NCBI GenBank assembly: GCA_002269645.1 | Contig: NIVC01000130.1 | Location: 806,001 to 870,000, forward strand | Source: Macrostomum lignano | Lineage: Eukaryota | Direction: 5' to 3' | DNA length: 64,000 nucleotides | Shown: piece by piece, positions 52,637 to 64,000 of the stretch | Layout of the letters: every line of letters starts with the position of its first letter | How positions within the stretch are numbered: the stretch's first letter is position 1 | Notes under the pieces: model-generated | Told to the model about the DNA's origin: nothing | The model's database searches: none | Seen by the model: only the letters and a program-made list of their open reading frames with translations | Position numbers and translations under genes: made by a program

Positions 52637-55600
52637 ATGTCTGGCGAATTAACTATCCTGCACTTCAACGATGTGTACAATGTTGAACCGGGCGAAGAGG
52701 TTGGCGGGGCAGCCAGATTTGTGACCGCCCTGCGCACCTATCGACACCTCAGCCCGCTAGTGCTGTTCTCTGGCGATGTATTCAGCCCGTCCACGATCAG
52801 CACAGTGACTAAGGGCTCGCATTTGATTGACGTGTTGAAAGCTTGCAGCATTGATGCAGCCTGTTTTGGCAATCATGATTTCGATTTCGGCATTGACAAT
52901 CTGGTTCAGTGCTGCGCTGAGACCGGGTTCCCCTGGCTGCTGTCCAACATTATCGATGCTGAGACTGGCGAACCGTTGGCTGATGCTCGAGAGTTTGTGT
53001 GCATCCAGCACGCATCTTCCGGATTGAAGGTTTGAGCTGATTGACATCAAGTTTTATGCTTGAGTTCGATGCAGTGCTTTCTCAGACCGAATCTTGTTTC
53101 GTAGTCATTGGTCGCCACCCTACCAGATCTGTTTGGTAGATATGGTCGCCACCCTACCAGATCTGTTTGGTAGATACGGTCGCCACCCTACCAGATCTGT
53201 TTGGTAGATACGGTCGCCACCCTACCAGATCTGTTTGGTAGATACGGTCGCCACCCTACCAGATCTGTTTGGTAGATACGGTCGCCATCCTACCAGATCT
53301 GTTTGGTAGATACGGTCGCCACCCTACCAGATCCTCAGTTGCCGGACCAGCCTCATAAATTGTCTCCTCTCCGCACTTTCCAAGGTGGGCATCATCGGCC
53401 TAGTGGAGCTGGAATGGGTGGACACCCTGTCTTCAATAGACGCTGATGACATTGAATTCTTTGACTTTTGCGAGCTCGGCGAAGAGCTGGCCAAGCAGTT
53501 GAAAGAGGGGCCGGAAGCCTGCGACCTGGTGCTGGCGCTCACCCACATGCGCTGGCCTAACGATCGCAAACTGGCGAGGGCTGCCCGGTATATTGACGTC
53601 ATTCTGGGTGTGTAAAAATAATTTTGTTATCCTACGTCCTACGACTCGCTCTCTAAAGAGTTAGCGCAAATTTTACTTTGCGACAGATAAAAATAGTGTT
53701 TCTATTTTTAGTAAATGACGTAATTATATCGCGAGTCTGACGTAATTAATTGAATTATGTATAGATATTTCATTCATACTATGATTTAATAATCCTAATA
53801 ATCTATTTTAGTGTTTTTAAATACTGTACAAAGAAGTTTTTCGCTTATTTTATTTTATTAATTTCAATTGAAAAAGCACGCGATCACATGGTTTCTATTT
53901 TTAGCAACTGACGTCATTCAGTGGTGACGTCAGAATTTTTTATTGAATATTTATCAAATTTTAGGCAATCTGCGATCACATGGTTTCTATTTTTAGCAAC
54001 TGACGTCATTCAGTGGTGACGTCATATTTTTTATTGAATCTTTATCAAATTGTAGGCGGTCACGATCACAACTACGGCATTGAGTTCGTCAACAATCGTC
54101 TCATCCTGAAGAGCGGCACAGATTTTCGACAATTCACAGTTGTCACATTGGCAGCGCCATCGCGATCTACATGTACAACTGGTCAGCCGAGCATTCCCTT
54201 AGAGATTCGACTCGAAACTGTCGACGTTGTTGGTAGCAGATTCGCGGAGGATCCGACAGTGGCCAAAGCAATCGCTGGTCACGTGACAAATCTCGAGCGG
54301 AGCATGCAGAGGGAGCTGGGCTCCATCGATTGCCCGCTGGAGTGCCGGTTTAGCCATGTTCGAACTCAGGAGACCAACTTGGGAAATTTGTTTACTGACA
54401 TTGTGCTCACGGCTTTGCAGGTGAGTCAGCTTGTTCTGCGCCCCCCCCCCCAACATTAAAAAGAATCGCCCCAACCCTACAGTCGCCCCCAACCCTGCTG
54501 AGAATCGCCCCCAACCCTACAGTCGCCCCCAACCCTACAGTCGCCCCCAACCCTACAGTCGCCCCAACCCTACAGTCGCCCCCAACCCTACAGTCGCCCC
54601 CAACCCTGCTGAGAATCGCCCCCAACCCTACAGTCGCCCCAACCCTACAGTCGCCCCCAACCCTACAGTCGCCCCCAACCCTACAGTCGCCCCCAACCCT
54701 ACAGTCGCCCCCAACCCTACAGTCGCCCCCAACCCTACAGTCGCCCCCAACCCTACAGTCGCCCCCAACCCTACAGTCGCCCCCAACCCTACAGTCGCCC
54801 CCAACCCTGCTGAGAATCGCCCCCAACCCTACAGTCGCCCCCAACCCTACAGTCGCCCCAACCCTACAGTCGCCCCCAACCCTACAGTCGCCCCCAACCC
54901 TACAGTCGCCCCCAACCCTACAGTCGCCCCCAACCCTACAGTCGCCCCCAACCCTACAGTCGCCCCCAACCCTACAGTCGCCCCCAACCCTACAGTCGCC
55001 CCCAACCCTACAGTCGCCCCCAACCCTACAGTCGCCCCCAACCCTACAATCGCCCCCAACCCTGCTGAGAATCGCCCCCAACCCTACAGAGAGTCGCCCC
55101 CAACCCTACAGAGAGTCGCCCCCAACCCTACAGAGAATCGCCCCAACCCTACAGAGAATCGCCCCCAACCCTACAGAGAATCGCCCCCAACCCTACAGAG
55201 AGTCGCCCCCAACCCTACAGAGAATCGCCCCCAACCCTACAGAGAATCGCCCCCAGCCCTACAGAGAGTCGCCCCCAACCCTACAGAGAATCGCCCCCAA
55301 CCCTACAGAGAGTCGCCCCCAACCCTACAGAGAATCGCCCCAACCCTACAGAGAGTCGCCCCCAACCCTACAGAGAATCGCCCCCAACCCTACAGAGAAT
55401 CGCCCCCAACCCTACAGAGAATCGCCCCCAACCCTACAGAGAATCGCCCCCAACCCTACAGAGAATCGCCCCCAACCCGACCGATAATCTACAATCAGGC
55501 CGACTTCGTTCTCGTCAATTCCGGTTCCTTCCGAGCCGACTGCGTACTTCCGGCCGGGCCCTTCCGTTTAGGTGACCTGCACCGAGTGCTGCCAATGCTG

Positions 55601-57744
55601 GACCCCATGGTGGTGCTGGAGATCGATGCCAAAGGCGTGCTGTCTGTTCTTGAGAACGGCGTCTCCCAGTGGCCCGCTTTGGAGGGCCGATTCCCGCAGG
55701 TGATTCATGGGAGCCGGACTGTGAGACTGGAGTGACGCAAACAGCACCAAGAGTGACACACACTGCACTAAGAGTGACACACAGACACGAGCAGCGGGAG
55801 TGACACACACAGCAGCGGGAGTGACACACACAGCTTCAAGAGTGACACATACAGCAGCGGGAGTGACACACACACAGCTTTAAGAGTGACACACACAGCA
55901 GCGGGAGTGACACACACACAGCTTCAAGAGTGACACACAATCCAAACTGGGCCCTGCAGGTGTCCGGAATCAAATTCCGATTCGACGGTTCCCGCCCGGC
56001 CGGTTCCCGAGTTGATCCAAGCAGTGTCCGAATTGGTGGACGAAAACTTCGCTCGGACGCCGTGTACCGCATGGCAACCAAGCAGTACCTGTACACCGGC
56101 CGCGACGGTTACGACATGCTGCCCAACTGTCGGCTTCTTGTCGACGACGAAGAAGGCCCTATCTGGAGCGTAGCTGTGCAGAACTATTTCCTAGCTAGCG
56201 CCGTACTGCATGGCTGGCAACAATTGCGTAATCAGCGACACAGGCATCGCTTGATCTCCATGCAACGCCGCAGGACCCTCACCGGCCAGGTGTCCGTCTC
56301 TCTGGCTGCCAGGCTTGAAGTCGTGGCAACGGCAGCCGCTACAGCCAACGCCAACGAGGCTGATCCGTCAGATGAAACTGTGGCCGACGCGGGATTCGAT
56401 CTATCAGCGGTGACCGACGCCGCTGGCTGCGAGGGCCAGGTGATGAAGAATCGGCGAAGTTCCGAAGGGTAAGATGCCGAATGCTGGGTTGGTTGAAATT
56501 TTCCTCCTGTGTCTCTGTACATGTAGGTCTGGGATTTACCATCGGCTGTTGTAATTGGAATTCCCCTTAAAATGTGCATTCACGATTGGGATTTCCCTTT
56601 AACGACCTTGGCGACTGGGATTCCCATCCAACGTCTATTCGTGATTGGGATTTCCCTCTAACGACCTTGGCGACTGGGATTCCCATCTAACGTCTATTCG
56701 TGATTGGGATTTCCCTCTAACGACCTTGGCGACTGGGATTCCCATCTAACGTCTATTCGTGATTGGGATTTCCCTTTAACGACCTTGGCGACTGGGATTC
56801 CCATCCAACGTCTATTTGTGATTGGTATTTCCCTTTAACGACCTTGGCGACTGGGGTTCCCATCAAACGGCCAATTGGAATTCCCCTTAAATGTTCATTG
56901 GTTATTGAGATTCCTTTTCACATTCATTTACGATTATACTTCCTATTTAACGGCCATTAGGAAATTCCTAATTTGAAATTCGAAATTTGAAATTCCTCTA
57001 TAGCCCATTTGTGATTGAAATTTTTTCAAAAATTTGGGTTCTCCTCCAATGCCCTTCGAGACAAGAATTCCCCTGAAATTGAGATTGGAATTTCGCTCGA
57101 ATGTCTAGTTGGGACTGGCAGTTTCCGAGTTTAAGACTGGGATTCCCCAAATGACCCCTTAATGACTGGGATTCCCCAAATGACCCCTTAATGACTGGGA
57201 TTCCCCCTTATTGGCTCTTTATGACTAGGATTCCCCGCTAATGGCTCGTCATGATTGGGATTCCCCCTAATGGCTCTTCATGATTAGGATCCCCCCTAAC
57301 GGCCCTTCTTAGCGTCCTTATTAACTAATTGTAAGCGAATGAATCCATGCATGCATAATTGGGGTTCCCCAAAATACGCAGTAGTGTTTGATGAAATTGC
57401 AATCATCTTTGCGGACTGGACTTTCTCTTAAACTGTCCGTCTTTGTCTGCTCGACCGTCCTCAGCAGTCAACGCGCGAAGACGACCCGCGAACGCTGGGC
57501 AATGGTCCGTCGGCGGGTTCTGATGGATCGTGAGGAGGCGAAACTGCTGTCAGACCGCAGACCTCTTTGTCCCCAAGTCGAGGGTCGGATTGTCCAGGGC
57601 ACCTGGAGTGAAACCGAGGAACCCGATGAAGAGGAAGAGGAGCAGGATGAACAAAGAGCAGTCGACGAAATAAAAGATGAAGATTTAGTAGACCTGGAAC
57701 TATCTGCTGCAAATGCTGGAGCTACTGTTGATCTGAAACAATAA
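52637..57744 (+). CDS. 5'-nucleotidase-family metallophosphoesterase without signal peptide (CG11883-like), ~655 aa, 6 exons
   Basis: Exons 52637-53029, 53385-53607, 54056-54420, 55499-55699, 55960-56468, 57468-57744 (1968 nt). Motifs ILHFNDVYN, GGAARF, SGD, FGNHDFDFG, LTHMR, LGGHDH, KSGTDFR, ETNLGN, NSGSFRAD, EGRFPQVSG, PQVEGRI. Confidence 0.92.
53110..53333. repeat. 34-bp minisatellite with internal hairpin (GGTCGCCACCCTACCAGATCTGTTTGGTAGATAC) in nucleotidase intron 1
   Basis: About 6.5 spacerless units; CTACCA...TGGTAG stem in each unit. Confidence 0.92.
53881..54067. promoter_or_regulatory. 92-bp tandem duplication carrying four TGACGTCA (CRE-consensus) palindromes and a duplicated 3' splice site
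   Basis: TGACGTCA at 53909, 53925, 54001 and 54017; regulatory function unproven. Confidence 0.35.
54465..55477. repeat. 18/22-bp minisatellite (AACCCTACAGTCGCCCCC) filling nucleotidase intron 3
   Basis: Direct reading. Confidence 0.95.
55730..55940. repeat. ~20-bp repeat (GAGTGACACACACAGCAGCGG) in nucleotidase intron 4
   Basis: Direct reading. Confidence 0.85.
56585..56870. repeat. 59-bp minisatellite in nucleotidase intron 5; related GGGATTCCCC repeats at ~57135-57300
   Basis: TTGGGATTTCCC starts at 56586, 56645, 56704 and 56763. Confidence 0.9.
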
Positions 57745-60700
57745 AAACAGTCCGGAGAACTCGTTAAAAGATTAGGAATAGCAAAATCTGGTGAGTTGCG
57801 ATCTGGTCGCAGCCATTTTTTTATCGAAACTTTTTTACCACAATACAGCCTGATGCTGTTGTCCGTTTCTTCCACTCTATTTATTTAAGTTATGACGCGC
57901 TTGAAATTAATTCACTTTTTACTAATATCGCTACTATTTATTTTCAGTAGTATAGATAGAAAAGAAAAATCCTAAATGTTGATTTAAATTTTGCGTCAAA
58001 GTGGATAAATTGTGCAATGTGCCACTTGCTTTATCAAATATATTTCTATTGATTATAATATTATACTGACAGAGCTGTGTATAAATTTACTGTGTTATAA
58101 AATCACTAGACTTTAAACAGCTTTATTGGTTTTCCTCTACAAGCAGCCAATTCATACACGTAAAATCTACAATAAAATTCAATTTTTGTTTTCATTGTTT
58201 TCATTTTCGTCCATTTTTATAATTCTATCTTGTACTGCTGCCCTCTGTCTGCTGTCTGCCTGTCTGCATGCCTATTTTCAATATTTTAAACCCGCATCCT
58301 TTACAAGTTTACTGCACTCACATAGATTTTATTATGTAGTTGCAAATTAGTACCGCTTGAATTTGAATTAACTCAATTATATTAATCAGAAAGATTTTCA
58401 TTTATTTAAAAATCTTATTATTCTTGGTTTTAAAGTATATTAATTTTTGAATTGTTTGGGCTAAAATTATTTTATACTAGCATTGTATTTTTGAACTTCG
58501 TATTGTTGCACTCGGATTGAATAGCGAATCTAAATGCGGTAGTAAATTGGGTACATATTAAGAAAATTTGCAATTTTTATACAATTTTTAACAAAAAAAT
58601 TTGGTATTAAAACAGTATACAGACTACTGAATTTAGCTAAGAGTTAATTCTCTAAAAGAATTGTTATGACGTTTGTGTCTCGTTTCTAAAATGCTTCTTA
58701 GAATCATGACTATGCCAAATTTAAGTAGCTTTATGTAAACCGGTTTTCTCACAGCGCTAATATTTTTAATTAATGACTGAAGGATATCGACAAAGTAAAG
58801 GTTAAGTGCCTTTTTTGTTTTGTATCTGTTAATTTGATGGCCTACTTGTTATTTTATGCAATAAAGTTCTCTTATTTATTTTTAATTTGACATCTAATCT
58901 AACAACGAATTAAACGAAATATGTAGGCCTACGTCGTACGTTCTAAATTCTAATTGAATTAAGTAAGTCATGCGACGTATGACTAGGGCCTAGCTAGCGC
59001 TTAGTGACTTCAGTGCGGGTCATATTACTTGCCATATGAGTATGGAAGTCAAATTTTAGAAAAATTTAGGTCTTTTTGCAAATATAACTTTCCAATGCAA
59101 ATACATTGAATAAAAGGCAAACTGCTAGGCCTAGTGAAAAAATACCTTGCCATAGGCCCTTAGTGAAAAACTTTGAACATTTGAGTATGTAACTTGCTTT
59201 TATTGAGATGATTACAAACGAACATCTCATCTTTTTTATAAAAATTGCTTCTTGAAAAATTGTAAAATGTTTTTTATTCAATACAAATAAGATTTATCAA
59301 GTGTCCTGCAGAATTGTTCATGTAATTATTTTTTCATTTGAATTCATATGGTGATGTGTCCATAATTCCAAAAATGATGTCTGTTGGTTTGCCACATTGG
59401 GTAGGCTCTAACATGAAATGTGATGCAAGAAATACATCTATGCCTATGGCCAAAATTAGTCCATGGAGTATTTATGGTGGCGACAGTTTTTGGCGACTTT
59501 CTATACTGGGTTATCTACTATTACCTGCTCTGAATATGTGAAGTTATATAAAGACATGACTATAAGTATAACAAACTAACTTGGTATCTAGTTTACCTTT
59601 TATTATTTCAATGTTATTTTCTTAGCCTACATTATTCTAAACTCTAAAGTTAGGATGCAAGTTATTTCTATTAAGGAAAAAAATTACCAAATGATTCTGC
59701 AGGATAGCTGATTTATCTTTATATTTGGCTAGACTTGAGGCTAGAGGCAGCCACTAATATATAAGGCCTATCAAGACAAAGATATGCCAAACTAGCATAT
59801 ACTGCCTTAGCTTAGGTTGTAAAATTGGCCATTTCTTTTGATAGTAATTGTCTTCATTGCCTTGGCAACTGGCTGGCTTTATTATGGTGATCTTCTTAGT
59901 GGCAGCAAATTCTTTTAGCTTCTTTGCAGTGATTTTCTTGGGCTTTGCCATGAAAACATTGGTGGCATTAAGGTGGCTGTTGACACAAATGTGCTTTGCC
60001 AAGGCATCTTTGAGCTTTAAGATATTGATGCAATAGCCAAGGCCTTAATCTATATCTTGCAGCCATTGGTAAGTAGGATAGCCTCAATCACCATTGATTA
60101 TATTGGTACTACAGCTTGGAAGTCCAAAAGTGTAGCTCATTTTTGTCATGGTTCTTTGCTCACAGTAGCTGGTAGCAATCTCTTAGCCTTGCCCCTTCAT
60201 TTCATTGAGACATGCAAAGTGCCTTGTTCTCTTATTCTTCTTGTTTAGTAGCTAGTTCAATAGGTGTTGGATCTGGCATAACTTCTGATAGTTCCTATAT
60301 AAGTAATAGAGACAAATTCAGCAGACTATAGAATGTCTTTTTTGTAGTCAATGATGGGCTCTCTCAATATTTAGGATAATGACTTAGTGGCTGACTCAGT
60401 ATAGTGGCTCTGAGAAAATGTCTTTGAAATGTTAGCTCTTTGAATAGTGGGGGTGTTTGGCTCTGTGAACTATAGAGCCTTCTTGGCTACAGAGGGCTTT
60501 TATTTATAGGTGGGCTAGCAGGTAACTGGACTGCATCAATGTGTTTTCCATACCTAGGGTAGGCCTGCTAGTTTTGGTAGATTTGACACAAAAATTTTTA
60601 GGTTTTTTATTTATGCTTATAATGTTATTATTTTTAAAATGTTTTTTTAGTAATGTGTCAAATTAAAGATCATACTTTGTAGATTAATATTATTTACAGA

Positions 60701-60969
60701 TTTGCTCTATGTACAATATGTCAGATTTTATGAGCAGATAACTATTAGTAATATGCTATTTTTACTAATTTGCACTGTTTCTAATGGCATTTTGCTTATG
60801 TCTAGGGCCTGATTGTGATCATAATCATGTTTACAAATTTCTGATTTTGCAACCAATAAACCCATGGTTGTGATGATTTCCCACTGAATTTTTCATTGTG
60901 ATTTCTGTATGTCAATTGATTTTAAAAAAATAAGTACAATAATATCATTGAAAATCATTTGAAAATGAA

Positions 60970-61245
60970 AAATATAGAAACAACAGTTTGAATTTTTTAT
61001 GAAAAGCTTTATTTTATAATTTACATTTTTCTTTCATTGCACTATAAATATATTCCACCATAGAAAAACAAGTTTAAGTTACAGACTTTAATATTATATA
61101 TTAAAACAAATATTTTATTTTTTACTTCTATAACTAGACTACTAAAATAGCATAGATTTCTGTTTATTGCATATTAATGAAATGAAAAATGTAAATTATG
61201 TAGTAAGCTTTTCATAGAAAAATTCAAATTGTTCTTTTAGTATTT
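60970..61245. mobile_element. AT-rich MITE-like inverted repeat (~75-bp arms)
   Basis: TTTGAATTTTTTATGAAAAGCTT..ATAATTTACATTTTTC (~60987-61031) pairs with GAAAAATGTAAATTAT..AAGCTTTTCATAGAAAAATTCAAA (~61184-61228). Confidence 0.5.
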
Positions 61246-62533
61246 TAATTATTTTTAAATATGTTAAATGACCCCTTGTACCCCTTTTCTTAAAACCTAT
61301 TGCACACTTTCAGGCCTAGAAAGAGTGTCCTTAGCTTTATTAAATTCATTCCAATAGGGTTTCGGCATAGCTGCACAAGCAAATTTTCATAAGCAGGCTG
61401 GATGCTATCTGCAAAAACCCCTATTTACTCCAATAGCTAGTCTTAAATGTAGTAGTAGTAGTGTTCCACTATAAGGAGGGTCCATGTGCCATAGCTCTAG
61501 CCATAAGCAAAACTATAGCTTATTCTAATTCTCTATATTCTGTAGCTACCAGGTATAAGGACTCCAATATTACTATATTCCCATAGTTCCTATAGCCATA
61601 GCCATAGTTTTAATGAAAAGTCTAGGAAAAAAATATTTTGAATCAGGAGATAACAAGTTTCAAAGTCTATAATACAGTTTACCAAAGTATCTTTGTTTTA
61701 TTCTACCTGTTTCTTATATATATTTTTTAAATTAATAACTTTGGCTATGTTAATCTACAGAATATGACAGCAACTACACCATATTTCTACAGTCATAGCC
61801 ATATGAGCAGCTATCTACCATAGGTATATCTATAGTTGCTATAGGCACATATTTTACCATATTTGCTGCAGGATCTCATAGCCATTGTTGTAGCTATGGA
61901 AGAACACTAGTATCTAGACTGTCATTTTAGGATCAAGGTTTTAGGTCCATGATGTAAAAATCACTAGGGTTCTGAATAAAAAACAAGCTAAACTTCATCA
62001 AATCATCTAATCTGATCACCTGCCAAGTATTTCTAATCAACCAAAGCAATAAAGACAATTCAAATTGTTTTGTTTGGAATATTTATTTATTTGCTGCTTT
62101 TCTGTATTACAACTTTTATCTACATCAATTGTATGTCTAGTGCAGTGTTTTGCTGCCATGCCATATCAGATTTCAGTGAGAAAATAGATGGCCAACATTG
62201 AAAACTGTTTGTAAAAGGGAAGGGGATCAGCAATACAGCTGATGCAATGCAGAATGTTTCCTACTGTGTAATTTATGTATATGCATAAGAGAGGTAGATA
62301 AAGCAGCTTGTAAACTAGCTACAGACAGTTATCTTAGCTTGATAAAAGTTTTGTTTGTTTGAGGTCCAAAAGTTTGTTATAAGTGCATTATGTACAAGGT
62401 TTTGCGAATGGAACTTTAACCATGTGCATGCACGCAACAGTCTACTAAGTGTTCAGTAGTAAGATTTGTAAATTATATTGCAAATTTATTAAAAGCTGTA
62501 GCGCCATTTTCTTTGAATCCTTGATGGCTAGGC

Positions 62534-63702
62534 TTAGCCGTCCAGCTTTTTGTAGCAAATAAAGAAATTGTGCTTGTAGCAGTTGATATCGTGCCACTTA
62601 TAATCAGTAGCCTTAGAGTTAGCTCGCATAGCCATGCAGTGCTCGTGCTTCCGTCTCATATCCGGCTGCCTGTTGCCCCAATTGGCGTAGCCAATGTCAT
62701 CTATTAGTCGATTATCGGCTAGCCAGCGCCACTGGCCTTCGAATGCCAGGTCTGTTGCTCCAATCCAGAATTGCTGCTTCTGCACATTCATCGACGGTCG
62801 CCATTCTAAAGAGAGAGGAACAGTTTGTTTTAATGAGGCCAGTTATACAATTTTTACATCCCATTATGGTTTCTCAGCAGCTGGATGGCACGGCTAAAGT
62901 AAAGAATTGCTCAGAGAGGACCATGCGTGAAATCAGTCTAGTGGACAGAGGGAGGATAGCGATTGCATATTTAACCTATGATATGAAGGTTCACGCTTGA
63001 TTTCCAGGCTCGTTCTTTACCAGTGAAATTGTTGTCTATGGCCAAATCAAGTATTGCTCAACGAGCTCAAGGTTAATTGGCCTCGTTTCGAATTATCAAG
63101 CTTAATTTTAGTGAGTTTTGGTCATAGACGCTTATGTGGGGCTTCCGAGATCTGTAGAATAAGTAAGTACGGTCTTTATTCTTTTGGTATCTATGGCAGA
63201 AAGACCTAGCTGCGTATTGTTGTTTTAAACTTACGTAGACTGGCTTTAATCTCGTTAGCAACGAAACTCTGCTCCTGTAGCGAAGTGATCTCGGCTAGCA
63301 CGGAGTTCATCGCTTCGCAATAGCCTTTAGCGGAGATCCAGCTAGCCTTGAGAAGTACCACCTTGAAGCAGCGTCGAGCGTGTCTTGGCTCGCGTTTAAA
63401 TCCTCGTGGGCAGAGCGGGCCGGCGCGTCGACTTAAGTCGTAGGTGATGCTGTAGGGGCCGTCTGCAGTTAAGGTTTCGATACATTGTAAATAAGCCTAA
63501 ATATGTAGTTAAAATTCTTCATTCACTACTCACCAACGCTGCTAATTCGCGATGCGCCAATGCCGACGTTGATTGACGCTGCTTCTATCGTTGAAAAGTG
63601 TTGAACTAGCGCGCTTAAGCATAGCACAGCTAGCCATTGTACTGTTAGTAGCTTGAATGATTTGTTGTTCTTATTAGTTTCTGTGCCTATGGGCAGTGAC
63701 AT
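62534..63702 (-). CDS. C-type lectin, 222 aa, 3 exons; N-terminal hydrophobic segment and long-form CTLD with QPD
   Basis: Exons 63702-63534, 63462-63235, 62805-62534 (all phase 1, 669 nt): CPRGF..RCF..SWISAKGYC..LAEI..FWIGATD..EGQWRW..NW..QPD..EHC..WHDINC..FIC. Confidence 0.9.
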
Positions 63703-64000
63703 TTTGTATTGGTGTTTTTAAAAAATTGAAACTATTTGATTTCGAGTCACACAATGTCTGGTTTCTTCTGAGCTGTCCTGTGAATGAAACACTACAGCTA
63801 GGAAGGCATGGTTTGGGCCGGTATTTATACAAAAATTTTGCCGCTTCCGCGATCAAAGAGGATGCTGGAAGGCTAAGATGGGGTTGGTCCCGTCTTCTGC
63901 CAATCTAAACAGCGCTCTACTCGTATAGTCAGTAGTAGGACTTGGCCAGCCAACCACAAGGAGTGGTTTTCCGTCTTAGAGTTTAGTATTATTAAGAAGA

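Noticed and set aside
53110-53333. CRISPR-like palindromic 34-bp repeats
   Set aside because: No spacers, no cas genes, and it lies in a eukaryotic intron.

Overview
Eukaryotic (animal) genomic DNA: GT-AG introns, GC-rich exons and AT-rich spacers crowded with micro- and minisatellites. The style suggests a repeat-rich invertebrate such as a free-living flatworm (Macrostomum-like); that assignment is inference only. I assembled eight protein-coding genes exon by exon with consistent splice phases: an orphan acidic/basic protein (+, 1261-2986), a LITAF-domain protein (-), a small secreted WSC-domain protein (+), a secreted CUB-LDLa-trypsin protease (-, 9 exons), EFR3 (+, 12 coding exons), LENG1 (+, intronless), a cytosolic 5'-nucleotidase/metallophosphoesterase (+, 6 exons) and a C-type lectin (-). 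Mobile DNA comprises a dead mariner with ~220-bp TIRs inside a 3.9-kb GATA array, an RTE-like LINE split at its YADD motif by an RNase H-bearing I-group LINE (both target-site duplications visible), two tRNA-SINE families, a fold-back element and MITEs. Most long ORFs in the supplied track are read-throughs of tandem repeats. The most interesting observations are: complementary 51-bp minisatellite arrays in the first and last introns of the protease pre-mRNA, bracketing an in-frame exon 2-8 cassette; an intronic 21-bp array made of branchpoint-AG-GT units; the nested LINEs; and two multi-kb CpG-free domains.
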